Positions 9,566 to 20,579 of a stretch of 34,270 bases of DNA are shown piece after piece. Made by a program: the position numbers and the translations under genes. Below the pieces are notes generated by a model. It did no database searches and had not been told where the DNA came from. It was given only the letters and a program-made list of their open reading frames with translations. The first letter of the stretch is position 1. Each line of letters begins with the position of its first letter. Source of the stretch: a bacterium (GTDB lineage Bacteria; Zixibacteria; MSB-5A5; GN15; FEB-12); contig JBDRQG010000375.1 of the NCBI GenBank assembly GCA_043826475.1, positions 1-34,270 on the forward strand. The letters run 5' to 3'.

Positions 9566-10816
9566 TTATTCGTACCGCAGAGCTTCAATTGGATTAAGTC
9601 GGGCGGCTTTCATGGCTGGTGCAATCCCGGATATCAGACCGACCGAAACAGCCACAACAAACCCGATTACAATCCAGAAAATTGAAACGGTCATGGGAAA
9701 ACCGGCTATTTTATTGATTATTAACCCTACACCAATGCCTAAAATGATGCCAATTATTCCCCCTGAGCAGGTAAGAGTAACCGCTTCAGTCAGAAATTGC
9801 AGCAGAATATTTGAACGCTTGGCGCCGAGTGCTTTGCGGACTCCAATCTCACGAGTCCGTTCTGTCACTGAAACCAGCATGATATTCATCACCCCGATTC
9901 CCCCCACCATTAAGCCAACCGAAGTTATAATTATCATAGCCAGATAAATGTATTTGGTGATATTATTAACCATTTCTTTAAGATTTTCCTGAGTAGAAAT
10001 GGCAAAGTTGTTATTTTTGTCAAAGGGGACGCTGCGGTAAATCCTAAGAGTATTGATAATCTCTTCTTCCGCCAGCTCCATCACTTGAGGGCTGGCACCT
10101 TTAACGATCAAAAACAGTTCTTCTTCCCAGGGATGTATTTTTTCAAAAGTGGATAAGGGAATGGTAACCTGATTGTTTTCGTTGTCATCATCGAAAGTAG
10201 ATTTTTTCTCTTCAAACACCCCAACCACTGTGAATCGATCGCCGTTGACTCTGATGACCTCATCAATCGGGCTTTTCCCTTCAAAAAGAGTTTCAGCCAG
10301 TTTATGACCGACGACACAGACATAGGCGCTGGAAAATTGATCCATATCAGTAATGAATCTGCCTGATTCTAAATTCAAATTATTTACTTTGATAAAATCG
10401 GGCCAGGTCCCCATCAGATAAGGATTGTTCCCTTTTTTATTTTTATACTTAACTTCATTTCCTCCTGGGGCAAAATAATAATTTTGTGGAGAAACACCAT
10501 CCACACTTGGACAGTTTTTGTTGATGGCCTCTGCTTCGCCAACAGTTATCGGGGGGCGGTTACGGTCCTCTTCTGAGAGCTTATCACGGTCAACATCAAA
10601 AGCATAACGGGTGATATAAAAACTGTTAGATCCCCAGGCATCAATCTCATCATTGGCCGCTTTATCCAGTCCATTTATAACCGAGGCCATAGCGATGACC
10701 GAAGCAACACCTATTAATACTCCCAAGATCGTAAGAAAGGATCGCATCTTATTAGTTCTGATAGAAGAAAGAGCCATTAAGACAGCATCTAGAATTTCAA
10801 TAGGCGTTAAAATCAT
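9566..10816 (-). CDS. ABC transporter permease, MacB/FtsX family
   Basis: NKMRSFLTILGVLIG, VGGIGVMNIMLVSVTERTREIGVRKALGA, PA.KAARLNPIEALRYE. Confidence 0.93.
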   Translation of the reverse strand: MILTPIEILDAVLMALSSIRTNKMRSFLTILGVLIGVASVIAMASVINGLDKAANDEIDAWGSNSFYITRYAFDVDRDKLSEEDRNRPPITVGEAEAINKNCPSVDGVSPQNYYFAPGGNEVKYKNKKGNNPYLMGTWPDFIKVNNLNLESGRFITDMDQFSSAYVCVVGHKLAETLFEGKSPIDEVIRVNGDRFTVVGVFEEKKSTFDDDNENNQVTIPLSTFEKIHPWEEELFLIVKGASPQVMELAEEEIINTLRIYRSVPFDKNNNFAISTQENLKEMVNNITKYIYLAMIIITSVGLMVGGIGVMNIMLVSVTERTREIGVRKALGAKRSNILLQFLTEAVTLTCSGGIIGIILGIGVGLIINKIAGFPMTVSIFWIVIGFVVAVSVGLISGIAPAMKAARLNPIEALRYE

Positions 10817-10825
10817 AATACCAAC

Positions 10826-12046
10826 TCATTCATAACTTAGAGCTTTAATGGGATCCAACCGAGCCGCTTTCATAGCCGGGTATATCCCGAAAATCAGGCC
10901 AGTCCCGGTAGAAATTGACATACCGGCTATAATGGCGACTACAGAAGGAGATATTTCCATATCAAGCATCCCCACTAATGACTTGGCGATTATAAAACCC
11001 AGCACAATGCCAATAATTCCCCCAATCATTGTAGTCAATAATGCTTCAAAAAGAAATTGTACCATAATATGTGATTTTTTTGCGCCAACCGATTTCCTTA
11101 TTCCGATTTCACGCGTTCGTTCGGTTACAGATACCATCATAATATTCATAACCACAATACCACCGACTACCAATGATATTGAGGAGATCCCTACCAATCC
11201 GTAACGGAACATCTTTGTAAACGAATTGACCATATCCAAAACGTTATCAGCAGTAATAATGGCAAAATCATCCGGCTTATTATATGGGACATGCCGCTGG
11301 GAACGGAGAATCAATCGGACATTATCCATTGTTTCATCAAGGACTTCTACAGAATAGGCTTTAATCATCAAATTAAATTGATCCCCCGGTTCACCGAATT
11401 GTTTTATATATGATGTAAATGGAATTAGCACAAAATTGTCATGATTATTTCCAAAAACCGATCCGATTTTTTTTGCAACCCCTACTACGGTATATTTTTT
11501 ACCTCCGATTCTGATATCCTTGCCTAACGGATCTACACCTGGAAATAGTTCTTCGCGAACAACATCTCCAATAAATACCACTTGTTTTCGATGAAGTGAC
11601 TCTTCAAACGAATAAAATCTTCCCTGTCCAACTTCAACATCAGCGATCTCAATAAAATTAGGATCTACTCCGCCAATCGTTACTCGCCTTAATGTCTGAG
11701 AACCCCGCTTAATATCAGCCCGGTTATAAGCACGAGGACAGACTTTTTCACAATTTTCACATCCAGCCTCAATCATATCAACAGATTCAAGACTGATAGC
11801 TTTTCTTTTGACCGCCTCTAAGTATTCTTCTTCAGATGTTATCATACCCCATTTAGTAACAATAAATGTTGATGGTCCCATTCTGTCTATCTGCGACTCG
11901 ATGGCTCCCATCATCCCCTCCAGAGCCGAGATAATCGTCATTACCGAAGTAACTCCGATAATAACCCCCAGCAGAGTCAGGGTAGTACGAAGTTTATTTG
12001 CCCAAAGGGCTCCAATAGCTATACTAAGCAGAGAAAAAGAAATCAT
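10826..12046 (-). CDS. ABC transporter permease, MacB/FtsX family
   Basis: NKLRTTLTLLGVIIG, VGGIVVMNIMMVSVTERTREIGIRKSVGA, PAMKAARLDPIKALSYE. Confidence 0.93.
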   Translation of the reverse strand: MISFSLLSIAIGALWANKLRTTLTLLGVIIGVTSVMTIISALEGMMGAIESQIDRMGPSTFIVTKWGMITSEEEYLEAVKRKAISLESVDMIEAGCENCEKVCPRAYNRADIKRGSQTLRRVTIGGVDPNFIEIADVEVGQGRFYSFEESLHRKQVVFIGDVVREELFPGVDPLGKDIRIGGKKYTVVGVAKKIGSVFGNNHDNFVLIPFTSYIKQFGEPGDQFNLMIKAYSVEVLDETMDNVRLILRSQRHVPYNKPDDFAIITADNVLDMVNSFTKMFRYGLVGISSISLVVGGIVVMNIMMVSVTERTREIGIRKSVGAKKSHIMVQFLFEALLTTMIGGIIGIVLGFIIAKSLVGMLDMEISPSVVAIIAGMSISTGTGLIFGIYPAMKAARLDPIKALSYE

Positions 12047-12048
12047 AA

Positions 12049-12753
12049 TTAAAAAATCTTTCGATCTTCTTCGCGAACTAATACATCACTGTCAATCTTA
12101 CCATCCAGGATCGACAGGACTCTCCGAGCCCGGTTGGCAATATCCTGCTCGTGAGTTACCACAATAATAGTATTCCCCTGTCGGTGGAGATTATCAAAAA
12201 GACGCATGATCTCGACTGATGTTTTGGAATCCAAATTACCTGTTGGTTCATCAGCCAAAATGAGTGATGGATTATTGACTAATGCTCTGGCTATCGCAAC
12301 TCTTTGACGCTGGCCTCCGGAAAGTTCACTCGGTTTGTGCATCATCCGATCCTGAAGTTCGACTTTAGTCAAAGCTTCTATAGCCATTTTACGCCGCTGA
12401 TCAGAAGGAGATCCATTATATATAAGAGGCAATTCCACATTATGCAGAGAGGTTGCTCTCGGCAAAAGATTAAATGTCTGGAAAACGAATCCAATCTCCC
12501 GGTTGCGGATATTTGCTAATTCATCATCATTCATGCTGCTGACCAGGCGACTGTTAAGGTGATATTCGCCCTGAGTGGGAGTATCCAGACAACCAATCAG
12601 GTTCATCAGAGTAGACTTCCCAGACCCGGACGGCCCCATAATCGCAACATATTCACCTTTCTCAATAGTGATAGAGGCTCCACGCAGAGCATGAACTTCC
12701 TCAGCCCCCATTTTATATGTCTTCCATAAATTTTTTGTTTCAATAAGTGGCAC
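12049..12753 (-). CDS. ABC transporter ATP-binding protein (MacB/LolD family)
   Basis: Walker [10 protein letters not shown], signature LSGGQRQR, Walker [12 protein letters not shown]. Confidence 0.95.
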   Translation of the reverse strand: MPLIETKNLWKTYKMGAEEVHALRGASITIEKGEYVAIMGPSGSGKSTLMNLIGCLDTPTQGEYHLNSRLVSSMNDDELANIRNREIGFVFQTFNLLPRATSLHNVELPLIYNGSPSDQRRKMAIEALTKVELQDRMMHKPSELSGGQRQRVAIARALVNNPSLILADEPTGNLDSKTSVEIMRLFDNLHRQGNTIIVVTHEQDIANRARRVLSILDGKIDSDVLVREEDRKIF

Positions 12754-12755
12754 TG

Positions 12756-14066
12756 CTATTCACTCTCATCTTTCTTTTTGATAATTTCAACTTCCTCGTC
12801 ATCTTTGATGGATCTGAGAACCTTGTACGGCCCCGATACAACCGAATCATCTTTCTTGAGTCCGGTAAGAACTTCAATATATTTCTGATCGGCAATGCCG
12901 GTTTCGATTAGTTCAAAAATTGCTTTACCTTCTCGAATGACATAGACTCCTTTGACATCTTTTCTCTCAACTTCATCTTCAGATTTAGTTTTAAGGGAAT
13001 CTTTATTATCATTCACAGCAGCTTGCAATCCATCTGATTCCGGTTGTTCGCTTTTAACGGTATCATCTGTTTTACTTCTCGCCTGCATTAATGAATCCAA
13101 ATCAAGCGAACGCATTACGACGGCACTATAAGGAATTGCTAAAGCATCTTTAATTTCATTTGAAGTAATATCCACTGTGGCAGACATACCGGGGCGAATT
13201 TTCTCATTTTTGTCTATGAAAATTACTTTAACTTTAAAATTTGTGCTTTGGTCAGAACTGCTGGTATAAATAGCCGTATTGCCAACCTCGACCACTTCCC
13301 CCATAAAGGTAGTATCCGGGAAAGCATCAATTTCAATCTTAGCCTCCTGCCCCAATTCCACCTTGGTAACTTCGGTTTCGTCAACTTCAACTTCGACTTC
13401 AAAAACATCAAGGTTAGAGACAGTCATCAGAGTTTTTCCCTGCGAATAAACAGTCTGAGCTGCGGCAATCTCCCCTTCTTCACAGTCAAGAAAGGTAATA
13501 ATCCCGGGCATAGGAGCAACCACTTTGGCTTTACTGAGATAATCGAGTGCTTTGTCATATCTCGCTTCAGATTGCTGAGCCTGAGCTTTGGTTGCTTCGT
13601 AAGCTGATTTGGCATTCAGATAAGCGTATTTGGAATTTTTAAATTCTGTCTCAGAAGTAAGTTTATTTTCATATAGCTTTTCCTGTCTATGAAATTCTTC
13701 CTCGGTTTGCTCCAGACTCGATTTAGCTCCTTCAAGACGGGCTGTAATTTCATTAACGGAATATTTAGCCTGATCGAGATCAGACCGAAGCTGGATCGTA
13801 TCAAGAATTAAGAGCTGATCCCCTTTATTTACATACTGCCCCTCTTTAACATACAGCTTTACAATCTCGCCGTTAATTTCCGAAGTGATATCAACCTTCG
13901 TTTGAGGCTGGATGCGTCCTGATGCAGATACGGTTTCAATTATATCTCTGGTTTGAGCCACCTCAGCATTTACTTTAGTAGCATTACTGCTCTTTATATT
14001 CAGGTTTGCAATAACAATAACTGCTACGACTATTACTATTCCTGATATTATCAACCACTTTTTCAT
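12756..14066 (-). CDS. Periplasmic adaptor / membrane fusion protein (MacA/HlyD family)
   Basis: N-terminal membrane anchor, [13 protein letters not shown], coiled-coil hairpin, APMPGII, RPGMSA. Confidence 0.92.
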   Translation of the reverse strand: MKKWLIISGIVIVVAVIVIANLNIKSSNATKVNAEVAQTRDIIETVSASGRIQPQTKVDITSEINGEIVKLYVKEGQYVNKGDQLLILDTIQLRSDLDQAKYSVNEITARLEGAKSSLEQTEEEFHRQEKLYENKLTSETEFKNSKYAYLNAKSAYEATKAQAQQSEARYDKALDYLSKAKVVAPMPGIITFLDCEEGEIAAAQTVYSQGKTLMTVSNLDVFEVEVEVDETEVTKVELGQEAKIEIDAFPDTTFMGEVVEVGNTAIYTSSSDQSTNFKVKVIFIDKNEKIRPGMSATVDITSNEIKDALAIPYSAVVMRSLDLDSLMQARSKTDDTVKSEQPESDGLQAAVNDNKDSLKTKSEDEVERKDVKGVYVIREGKAIFELIETGIADQKYIEVLTGLKKDDSVVSGPYKVLRSIKDDEEVEIIKKKDESE

Positions 14067-14102
14067 AATAATTCCTTAACTACAAAACCCTCATTCATAT
14101 TT

Positions 14103-15524
14103 TTAAATTTTCCCCATTGCATTTTCAAGATTGGAGATAGCCAGATTCAAATCAAAATCAGCTTGAATCAGTGAGACCTGAGCCTGCTTTAATGAGACCT
14201 GGGCATCAAGAAGATCAAGAATGGTGGCGGCGCCAAGGTTGTATTTTTCCTGGGTAATTTTAAGATCTTCGTCGGCAGCATCCACATTCTCTTGTGAAAC
14301 TTTTTGTTTTTCCTTCAAACGTTCAATATCCAGATATTTTGACTTAATACTTTGACTGGTCCAATTCCGCATATCGGCGTACTCAGCTCTGGCTGTATTA
14401 AAATTAACTTTGGCGCTGGTCAGATTGTATTCCCGAGCAAAGCCATCAAAAATATTCCAATTAGCCTGGAGTCCAAAAGTCGTACTGCGGCTGGAAAAAT
14501 TAAAAGTTGCCGTATCTCCCTGGGTTCCGTCTGAAAATGTCATGGATCCGTACCCTGAAAGAGTCGGCAAATATTTTGCCCAGCGTGAACGTACCGAATG
14601 GCGATACAAGTCTACGCTTTTCTCTGATGATAACAACCCGGGATTATGATCCAGACCATAAGCCATAGCTTCCTGAAGAGTACCAGAAAAATCGCGCATG
14701 GAATAATCCATAGAAAATTCAATATCACTATTTGGATCAAGCCCAACAGTATATGCCAATGATGCTTTTCCATTGTTGACGTCGTTTTGTGCTGACAACA
14801 AAGAAAGGCGGTCATTTCCCATTTGAACTTTCTGTTTTAAGACATCTGATTTCGAAGCCGATCCAAGATCATATTTTGATTGAATGAGTTTTAATTGTTC
14901 GGTGCTTCGCTCAACCGCCTGATCCTGCACTTCGACATTTTTTACAGCCGCAAGGTAGTAATAATATGAGACTTTTACCGCATAGATAAGGTCCTGCTCT
15001 GAGCCAATTACATCCAGTTTCGCCTTAGCAAGATTTGCTTTAGACCCGGCATAATCAAAAAAGTTGGACAGGTCAAACAGTGATATATTGGCTGATAGGT
15101 TCAAACTTTTATTGCTTCGATCCTGATCAGGAAGAGGCATTTCATTAATCGTTGAAGTAACTGAATCTACTTGAGGGCTAGCTCCTAAAATATAAAAAGA
15201 GCTGTCACCGGCAGGATCATAGACTTCTACACTGTCAACCACATAAGATAAAAAAGTTTGCCTATCTTCAACATCCGATTTTATATCCCTTGATCTCGTT
15301 TCAGAATAACTATAAGAAGCATCCACCCTGGGTAAAAATGCTCCCAATGCTGCTCTTTTATTGGCGCCGGCAAGTTGTTCTCTTCCTTTGGCGGCAATTA
15401 CCGAAGCTCTGTTTTTTAGAGCCAGTTCGATACAATCATCAAGCGTTAAAAGTTCAGCAGCTTTTGTGGACTGAACCATTATCATTCCCAATAGAAACAA
15501 CGAAATACTAACAAACGACCTCAT
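14103..15524 (-). CDS. TolC family outer membrane protein
   Basis: Signal peptide, LTLDDCIELALKN, FLPRV/YLPTL repeats, KYNLGAATILDLLDAQ. ATG at 15524 with GGAGA RBS. Confidence 0.92.
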   Translation of the reverse strand: MRSFVSISLFLLGMIMVQSTKAAELLTLDDCIELALKNRASVIAAKGREQLAGANKRAALGAFLPRVDASYSYSETRSRDIKSDVEDRQTFLSYVVDSVEVYDPAGDSSFYILGASPQVDSVTSTINEMPLPDQDRSNKSLNLSANISLFDLSNFFDYAGSKANLAKAKLDVIGSEQDLIYAVKVSYYYYLAAVKNVEVQDQAVERSTEQLKLIQSKYDLGSASKSDVLKQKVQMGNDRLSLLSAQNDVNNGKASLAYTVGLDPNSDIEFSMDYSMRDFSGTLQEAMAYGLDHNPGLLSSEKSVDLYRHSVRSRWAKYLPTLSGYGSMTFSDGTQGDTATFNFSSRSTTFGLQANWNIFDGFAREYNLTSAKVNFNTARAEYADMRNWTSQSIKSKYLDIERLKEKQKVSQENVDAADEDLKITQEKYNLGAATILDLLDAQVSLKQAQVSLIQADFDLNLAISNLENAMGKI

Positions 15525-15541
15525 AATCAAAATTCTCCAAT

Positions 15542-16264
15542 CTATTTAAACATCAATGCAATTCCAGTAATTATCACATGTATTATTGCCATCATACCAA
15601 CTGATAAGACCGACAATAGGTATCCTTTGTTGCGTGAAATGCCATATATTATTGACAGACCAATGCCCACAACGATAACTTCCCATATATGAAAGAGGGA
15701 TATTTTAGACAATGCCGTATATAAGAATGACTGCATTCCCTGATCAGCAACAAGAACAGCCGGAGAAAATGTTACCATCACACTCTCTTTAATCATTATT
15801 AATGGTACATGTAAGAGAGCTCCTACTCCATACAAAATTCCACCATAGAGTGTTACCGAAAGAATTTTTTTATAAGTAGTAATTCCACCAAAAACGAAAT
15901 TACCAAAAAATAGAGCCAGACCCGAAGAGATCAATGGCAGTATTAACATAGAAAGCACACCGCCAATTAATGTCTGCCAATACATAAAGGTCTGCATTGT
16001 CGCTTCTGACATGCCGCTTTTTTCAATACTATCCTGAATTTGCGGCATTTTCATTTGTTCCATGACTATATAATCAACAGTCAAATAGAAAAACAGAAAC
16101 ATCACAATCATTAATGTGATATAAGGCACCAAAATTTTGGGGTTGTCTTTTAAATCATTGAAGAAGATCGAAGGTTGATAGAAAATTTCAGTTAATCCCC
16201 GAAAAGATAAACCGCTATTATTTTTTATCGGTTCTACAGATTGTGAGATATCGTTTGTTTCCAT
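15542..16264 (-). CDS. Yip1 (YknW-like) membrane protein
   Basis: IFYQPS.FF..LK.NP motif and about five hydrophobic segments; first gene of the efflux cluster; ATG at 16264 with AAGGAG. Confidence 0.8.
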   Translation of the reverse strand: METNDISQSVEPIKNNSGLSFRGLTEIFYQPSIFFNDLKDNPKILVPYITLMIVMFLFFYLTVDYIVMEQMKMPQIQDSIEKSGMSEATMQTFMYWQTLIGGVLSMLILPLISSGLALFFGNFVFGGITTYKKILSVTLYGGILYGVGALLHVPLIMIKESVMVTFSPAVLVADQGMQSFLYTALSKISLFHIWEVIVVGIGLSIIYGISRNKGYLLSVLSVGMMAIIHVIITGIALMFK

Positions 16265-16369
16265 CAATACTCCTTATGGTTTGCTAACGAATACTATTAA
16301 TGAAAGTTTCATATATAGTTAATATCTTTGACAATATACTTCCCATTAAGATTAATATTCATTTTAGCC

Positions 16370-16411
16370 AAAATAAAAAGGAAGCTTTCTTTGAAAAAGA
16401 TAGCTTCCTTT
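16370..16411 (-). terminator. Intrinsic terminator of the pyrophosphatase gene
   Basis: AAAGGAAGCT...AGCTTCCTTT inverted repeat with a T-rich tail on the minus strand. Confidence 0.75.
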
Positions 16412-16436
16412 GATAATTGTAGCAAGTCTATAATTA

Positions 16437-18452
16437 CTATTTAAACAATGCTGCGCCAACGACAAGTGAGACAATTGCCATCAATTTAATCAGAATATTC
16501 ATAGCTGGACCGGAAGTATCCTTGAACGGATCACCAACGGTATCGCCGACCACAGCGGCTTTGTGGGCAGGAGAGCCCTTCCCGCCATGAGCACCTGCTT
16601 CAATAAGTTTTTTGGCGTTATCCCAGGCACCACCGGCATTGGCCATCATAAGAGCCATCATCACACCAGACATAGTCGCTCCGGCCAGGAAACCACCAAG
16701 AGCTTCTGCCCCATTTTCGCCAAAAACCAGACCTACAATAATTGGAGCTAAAATTGCGGTGAGTCCGGGTACAACCATTTGTTGTAAGGCTCCGGTAGTC
16801 GCAATATCAACACATTTTTTAGTATCCGGTTTGGCTGTTCCTTCCATCAATCCCTTGATTTCACGGAATTGACGGCGAACTTCCTCAACCATTTTGGAAG
16901 CAGCTTTACCGACCGCAGTCATAGTTAAAGCAGCAATAAAAAATGGCAGTACCCCACCGAGGAAAAATCCGATGACAACATGCACCTGCAGAACATTAAT
17001 AACCTCTAAACCCACTGTTGCAGCATATGCTGAAAAGAGAGCTAAGGCCGTCAAAGCGGCAGATCCGATAGCGAATCCTTTACCGATAGCAGCGGTTGTA
17101 TTGCCCAGTGAATCCAATTTGTCGGTAATAGCTCTGACTTTCGGTCCGAGACCTGACATTTCAGAAATACCACCGGCATTATCAGCGATTGGACCATAAG
17201 CATCGACTGACATTGTGACACCGATAGTACCTAACATACCAACACCGGCAATACCGATACCATAAAGACCAGCAAAACTGTAACCGGTATAAATAGCGGC
17301 ACAAATTACAATTACCGGCAGAAGACATGATTCCATACCAACCGCCAGACCATTAATAATATTGGTTGCAGCACCAGTCTCTGAAGATTTTGCAATCCTT
17401 CTGACCGGACCGGCCGCAGTATAATATTCAGTTAATAAGCCGAGCATTATTCCAGCAACATTACCACCAATAATTGCCCAGAAAACATTATGATCAATTT
17501 TAAGGTGATCAATAATAAACCAAGCAGCAACAAGCATAAGTACCGCTCCGACATAGGTGACCAGTCGAAGTGTTGCAGCAGGGTTCATTTTTGAAAACAA
17601 TCTAACAGAAAGAACTCCTAACATTGATGCCAATGCACCAAAAGCAACAATCAATAAAGGCAGCTGCATATAAACTTCGCGATTATTAGCAATTTCCATC
17701 GAAATAGATCCGGCTACACCGGTAACAGTAGCAGCGATTGCAATTGTAGCGATAATCGAACCGACATAAGATTCAAAAAGATCAGCTCCCATACCGGCTG
17801 TATCACCGACATTATCACCGACATTATCAGCTATAACAGCAGGGTTACGCGGGTCGTCTTCAGGGATACCGGCTTCTACCTTACCAACCAGATCGGCTCC
17901 CACATCGGCAGCTTTGGTATAAATACCTCCACCAACACGGGCAAAGAGGGCAATTGATGAAGCACCCATGGCAAATCCATTAATGATTGATGCTTGGGCA
18001 GGATTTCCATAAAAATAAAATGCAATACCGACACCAATCAAACCAAGTGATGCTACCGACATACCCATAACGGCACCACCCGAGAAAGCAATTGATAATG
18101 CTTCCGGCTGACCGAAATCTTTAGCCGCGGCACAGGTACGAACATTGGCTCGGGTAGCCGCTTTCATACCGATAAAACCGGCTAACATAGAGCAGGCTGC
18201 TCCACCAAGGAAGGCAAAAGCAGTATTGCTGGGCTCGACTTTCCAATAAAGAAGACCAAATACAACGATAATAAAGATTACGAGAATGGAATATTCTCTT
18301 TTGAGGAATACCATGGCACCATCATGGATTACCTCAGAGATCTCTTTCATCAGTTCGGTTCCTGTAGGCTTGCTTCTAATCCAGAAAAACAGACCCAGAG
18401 CAAAAATAAGCCCAATGACACCAATTAACGCGGATAACAGACCTGTATCCAT
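16437..18452 (-). CDS. hppA: Membrane-bound K+-dependent pyrophosphatase, probably Na+-translocating
   Basis: [72 protein letters not shown] at 18452 with GGGGAG. Confidence 0.95.
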   Translation of the reverse strand: MDTGLLSALIGVIGLIFALGLFFWIRSKPTGTELMKEISEVIHDGAMVFLKREYSILVIFIIVVFGLLYWKVEPSNTAFAFLGGAACSMLAGFIGMKAATRANVRTCAAAKDFGQPEALSIAFSGGAVMGMSVASLGLIGVGIAFYFYGNPAQASIINGFAMGASSIALFARVGGGIYTKAADVGADLVGKVEAGIPEDDPRNPAVIADNVGDNVGDTAGMGADLFESYVGSIIATIAIAATVTGVAGSISMEIANNREVYMQLPLLIVAFGALASMLGVLSVRLFSKMNPAATLRLVTYVGAVLMLVAAWFIIDHLKIDHNVFWAIIGGNVAGIMLGLLTEYYTAAGPVRRIAKSSETGAATNIINGLAVGMESCLLPVIVICAAIYTGYSFAGLYGIGIAGVGMLGTIGVTMSVDAYGPIADNAGGISEMSGLGPKVRAITDKLDSLGNTTAAIGKGFAIGSAALTALALFSAYAATVGLEVINVLQVHVVIGFFLGGVLPFFIAALTMTAVGKAASKMVEEVRRQFREIKGLMEGTAKPDTKKCVDIATTGALQQMVVPGLTAILAPIIVGLVFGENGAEALGGFLAGATMSGVMMALMMANAGGAWDNAKKLIEAGAHGGKGSPAHKAAVVGDTVGDPFKDTSGPAMNILIKLMAIVSLVVGAALFK

Positions 18453-18539
18453 AGACAAATTCTCCCCGTTTGAGTTTCTATGTTGAGTTTAAGTTTTATA
18501 TTCTTTTTCACAAAAAAACACCCTTTCAAATCAGGCAGG

Positions 18540-18568
18540 AATATATTTGCTTGTGAAACAAAGCGCAA
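18540..18568 (-). promoter_or_regulatory. Putative sigma70 promoter of hppA
   Basis: Minus strand TTGCGC, 17 nt, TATATT. Confidence 0.55.
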
Positions 18569-18696
18569 GCAATATTTAATTTTTTAATGAAATTTTTGCC
18601 TTAACATAAAGTCTTTCTTAACATTACTAAACCTTTGGCAATCTATAAATTTACCAATAAACCTATTATTTGACAGGAATTAACTAAGTTTCAAAT

Positions 18697-18727
18697 AAAA
18701 AACCGGCTTATTAAAGCCGGTTTTTTT
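18697..18727. terminator. Intrinsic terminator of the lipoprotein gene (bidirectional shape)
   Basis: AAAAAACCGGCTT-ATTA-AAGCCGGTTTTTTT. Confidence 0.88.
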
Positions 18728-18748
18728 AATATTCTATTATTTGAAGTA

Positions 18749-20140
18749 TTAGAATCTCTTTATATCTACTTTTATAATCGGGAATCCTCTGGCCGGGTTA
18801 TTGGTATTGATCAGGCCATCCATAGTATTTTGGTCTAAAGATTCTGTATGTGGATCAAAGGGTGTTTCCGGAAGCGGGTCAAAAAATATTATTAGCGGAA
18901 AGTTAGTAGTATCAGTTACAAAATTGTCTGGTTCCAGAGAAATAAATACAACCCCCTGATTCCCAAATGGATTCGGAACCAAATTTAATGTATCAGGAGC
19001 ATTATTTGGCAAGTTAATGAAAAATTCATCACCTGGATATGGCGGAACCCTTGGCCCGATTGCATACCTAGCACCATCATCATCTGGTTCATCAATTTTA
19101 TCAAAGGTCCCGGTAGAAATAATTCCACCTTCATAACCAGGAAGGGCATCTTGGCCTGTAACCGTATAACCCCAGGCCGGAAGGGTAAAACTTCCCACAC
19201 TGGCTCCGGCATCAGAAATTGACGGTGAAACAACCCACCCTTTATAATGCCACCCAAATTTAGTGTAATCCCAGAAAGCAAAATCATCCTGGGTAAACTC
19301 GTCATAGGTTAATGGATATCCATGTGTAACTTCGAGACCCCAGAATTGAACATGTGTTGTACAATATGGCGCTTCAGTGTACGTTTCTAATTTTCGATCA
19401 TATTGAAAACTTTGGTGAATAATTGTATCTAATCCACGAACTAATTTAATCGTATCTATACGCGGGTTTAAAATGTCCATGATGACAGTAATAATAGTGT
19501 CCGCATTTCCGTTGATGGCACTAACACCGCAAGTTGTATCTATTGATATACTATCAAAGGCTATTGTATCAATTATAGTATCAGTTCTTATGTTATAAGT
19601 ACTAAACCAGAGACCAACCCCGGCATTTTCCATTCGGTTAGTATCAGATACTGTCGCCATATTATAACGGCAGGTAGCATACCACATTGAATCAGAATAT
19701 GGAAAACGAAGATCTATAGGGTCATCTGATGGATTAGTGACTCTGTCCCATAACATAGTCGGACCCGGTATTGAGGCATCATCATCAGGATTGACTTCAA
19801 CTGAAACCGCAATCCAGTCATAAGAAAAAAGGTCATCATTCAGTTTGAAGACATTTTTATCTTCCCTTTCAACGCCATCCAAATCAGTAAATTTCTTTTC
19901 AGCACGATTATAATCAAACTTCCCCATGGAAGAATATACCGTATCTGAGCCTGTTAACTTCACTGCCCACAATTCATAAGCCATTCCATCCGGTGCTTCA
20001 GGCAGTAATTGTGCAGACAAAGTCAGAGTTGTTAATGAAACCGGACTTACAATATCATCCGGTTGTGTACACCCAAAATAAAGGGTAACGACAATAACAC
20101 TTAAGGCAATGAAAAGCAACCTGTTAACACGCCTTGTCAT
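18749..20140 (-). CDS. Uncharacterised lipoprotein with duplicated RskA-like ('anti-sigma factor' annotated) domain
   Basis: Lipobox-like YFGC; repeat 1 YELWAV...MGKF...IAVSVE; repeat 2 HYKGWVV...TGTF...PPYPGDEF...FISLEP; AGGAGG RBS. Confidence 0.65.
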   Translation of the reverse strand: MTRRVNRLLFIALSVIVVTLYFGCTQPDDIVSPVSLTTLTLSAQLLPEAPDGMAYELWAVKLTGSDTVYSSMGKFDYNRAEKKFTDLDGVEREDKNVFKLNDDLFSYDWIAVSVEVNPDDDASIPGPTMLWDRVTNPSDDPIDLRFPYSDSMWYATCRYNMATVSDTNRMENAGVGLWFSTYNIRTDTIIDTIAFDSISIDTTCGVSAINGNADTIITVIMDILNPRIDTIKLVRGLDTIIHQSFQYDRKLETYTEAPYCTTHVQFWGLEVTHGYPLTYDEFTQDDFAFWDYTKFGWHYKGWVVSPSISDAGASVGSFTLPAWGYTVTGQDALPGYEGGIISTGTFDKIDEPDDDGARYAIGPRVPPYPGDEFFINLPNNAPDTLNLVPNPFGNQGVVFISLEPDNFVTDTTNFPLIIFFDPLPETPFDPHTESLDQNTMDGLINTNNPARGFPIIKVDIKRF

Positions 20141-20197
20141 CTATAAATTCCTCCTATCCATTAACTGGACAATTTTTCATTCCATAAACAATTGGGA

Positions 20198-20227
20198 AGT
20201 ATAACCAAAAATCCTCGGCACTGTCAA
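20198..20227 (-). promoter_or_regulatory. Putative sigma70 promoter of the lipoprotein gene
   Basis: Minus strand TTGACA, 18 nt, TATACT. Confidence 0.6.
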
Positions 20228-20579
20228 GCCATTATTTTCCAATGTATCCATCTTATTTAATCAGACGATCAATATTGGATAATTGTTGAATAAAAAATAA
20301 TTACATGAAAACGTTTTTTTTGGAAAATGTTCATTTTAATATTACTGACTCAAAAATTCCCCTTTATGCCCCATTTTTTATAAAAATCTCATAATAAAAT
20401 TTGAATTATCTCAAATAACAAATAATAGCAAAGACAGAAAAATAACCATATTATGCTGTACGACAACAAGTTAAATAACCACAATAGTATTGACTCCTCT
20501 CTTGTAATTCTAAAGAAATTATACAAACAGGTCGATAAAAATTATAAATCTGTTCATCAAACTAATAAAGGATTTACCT

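Noticed and set aside
20141-20579. Long AT-rich intergenic region as a possible CRISPR array, origin or ncRNA
   Set aside because: No direct repeats, DnaA-box cluster or stable structure were seen; it is consistent with divergent promoters.
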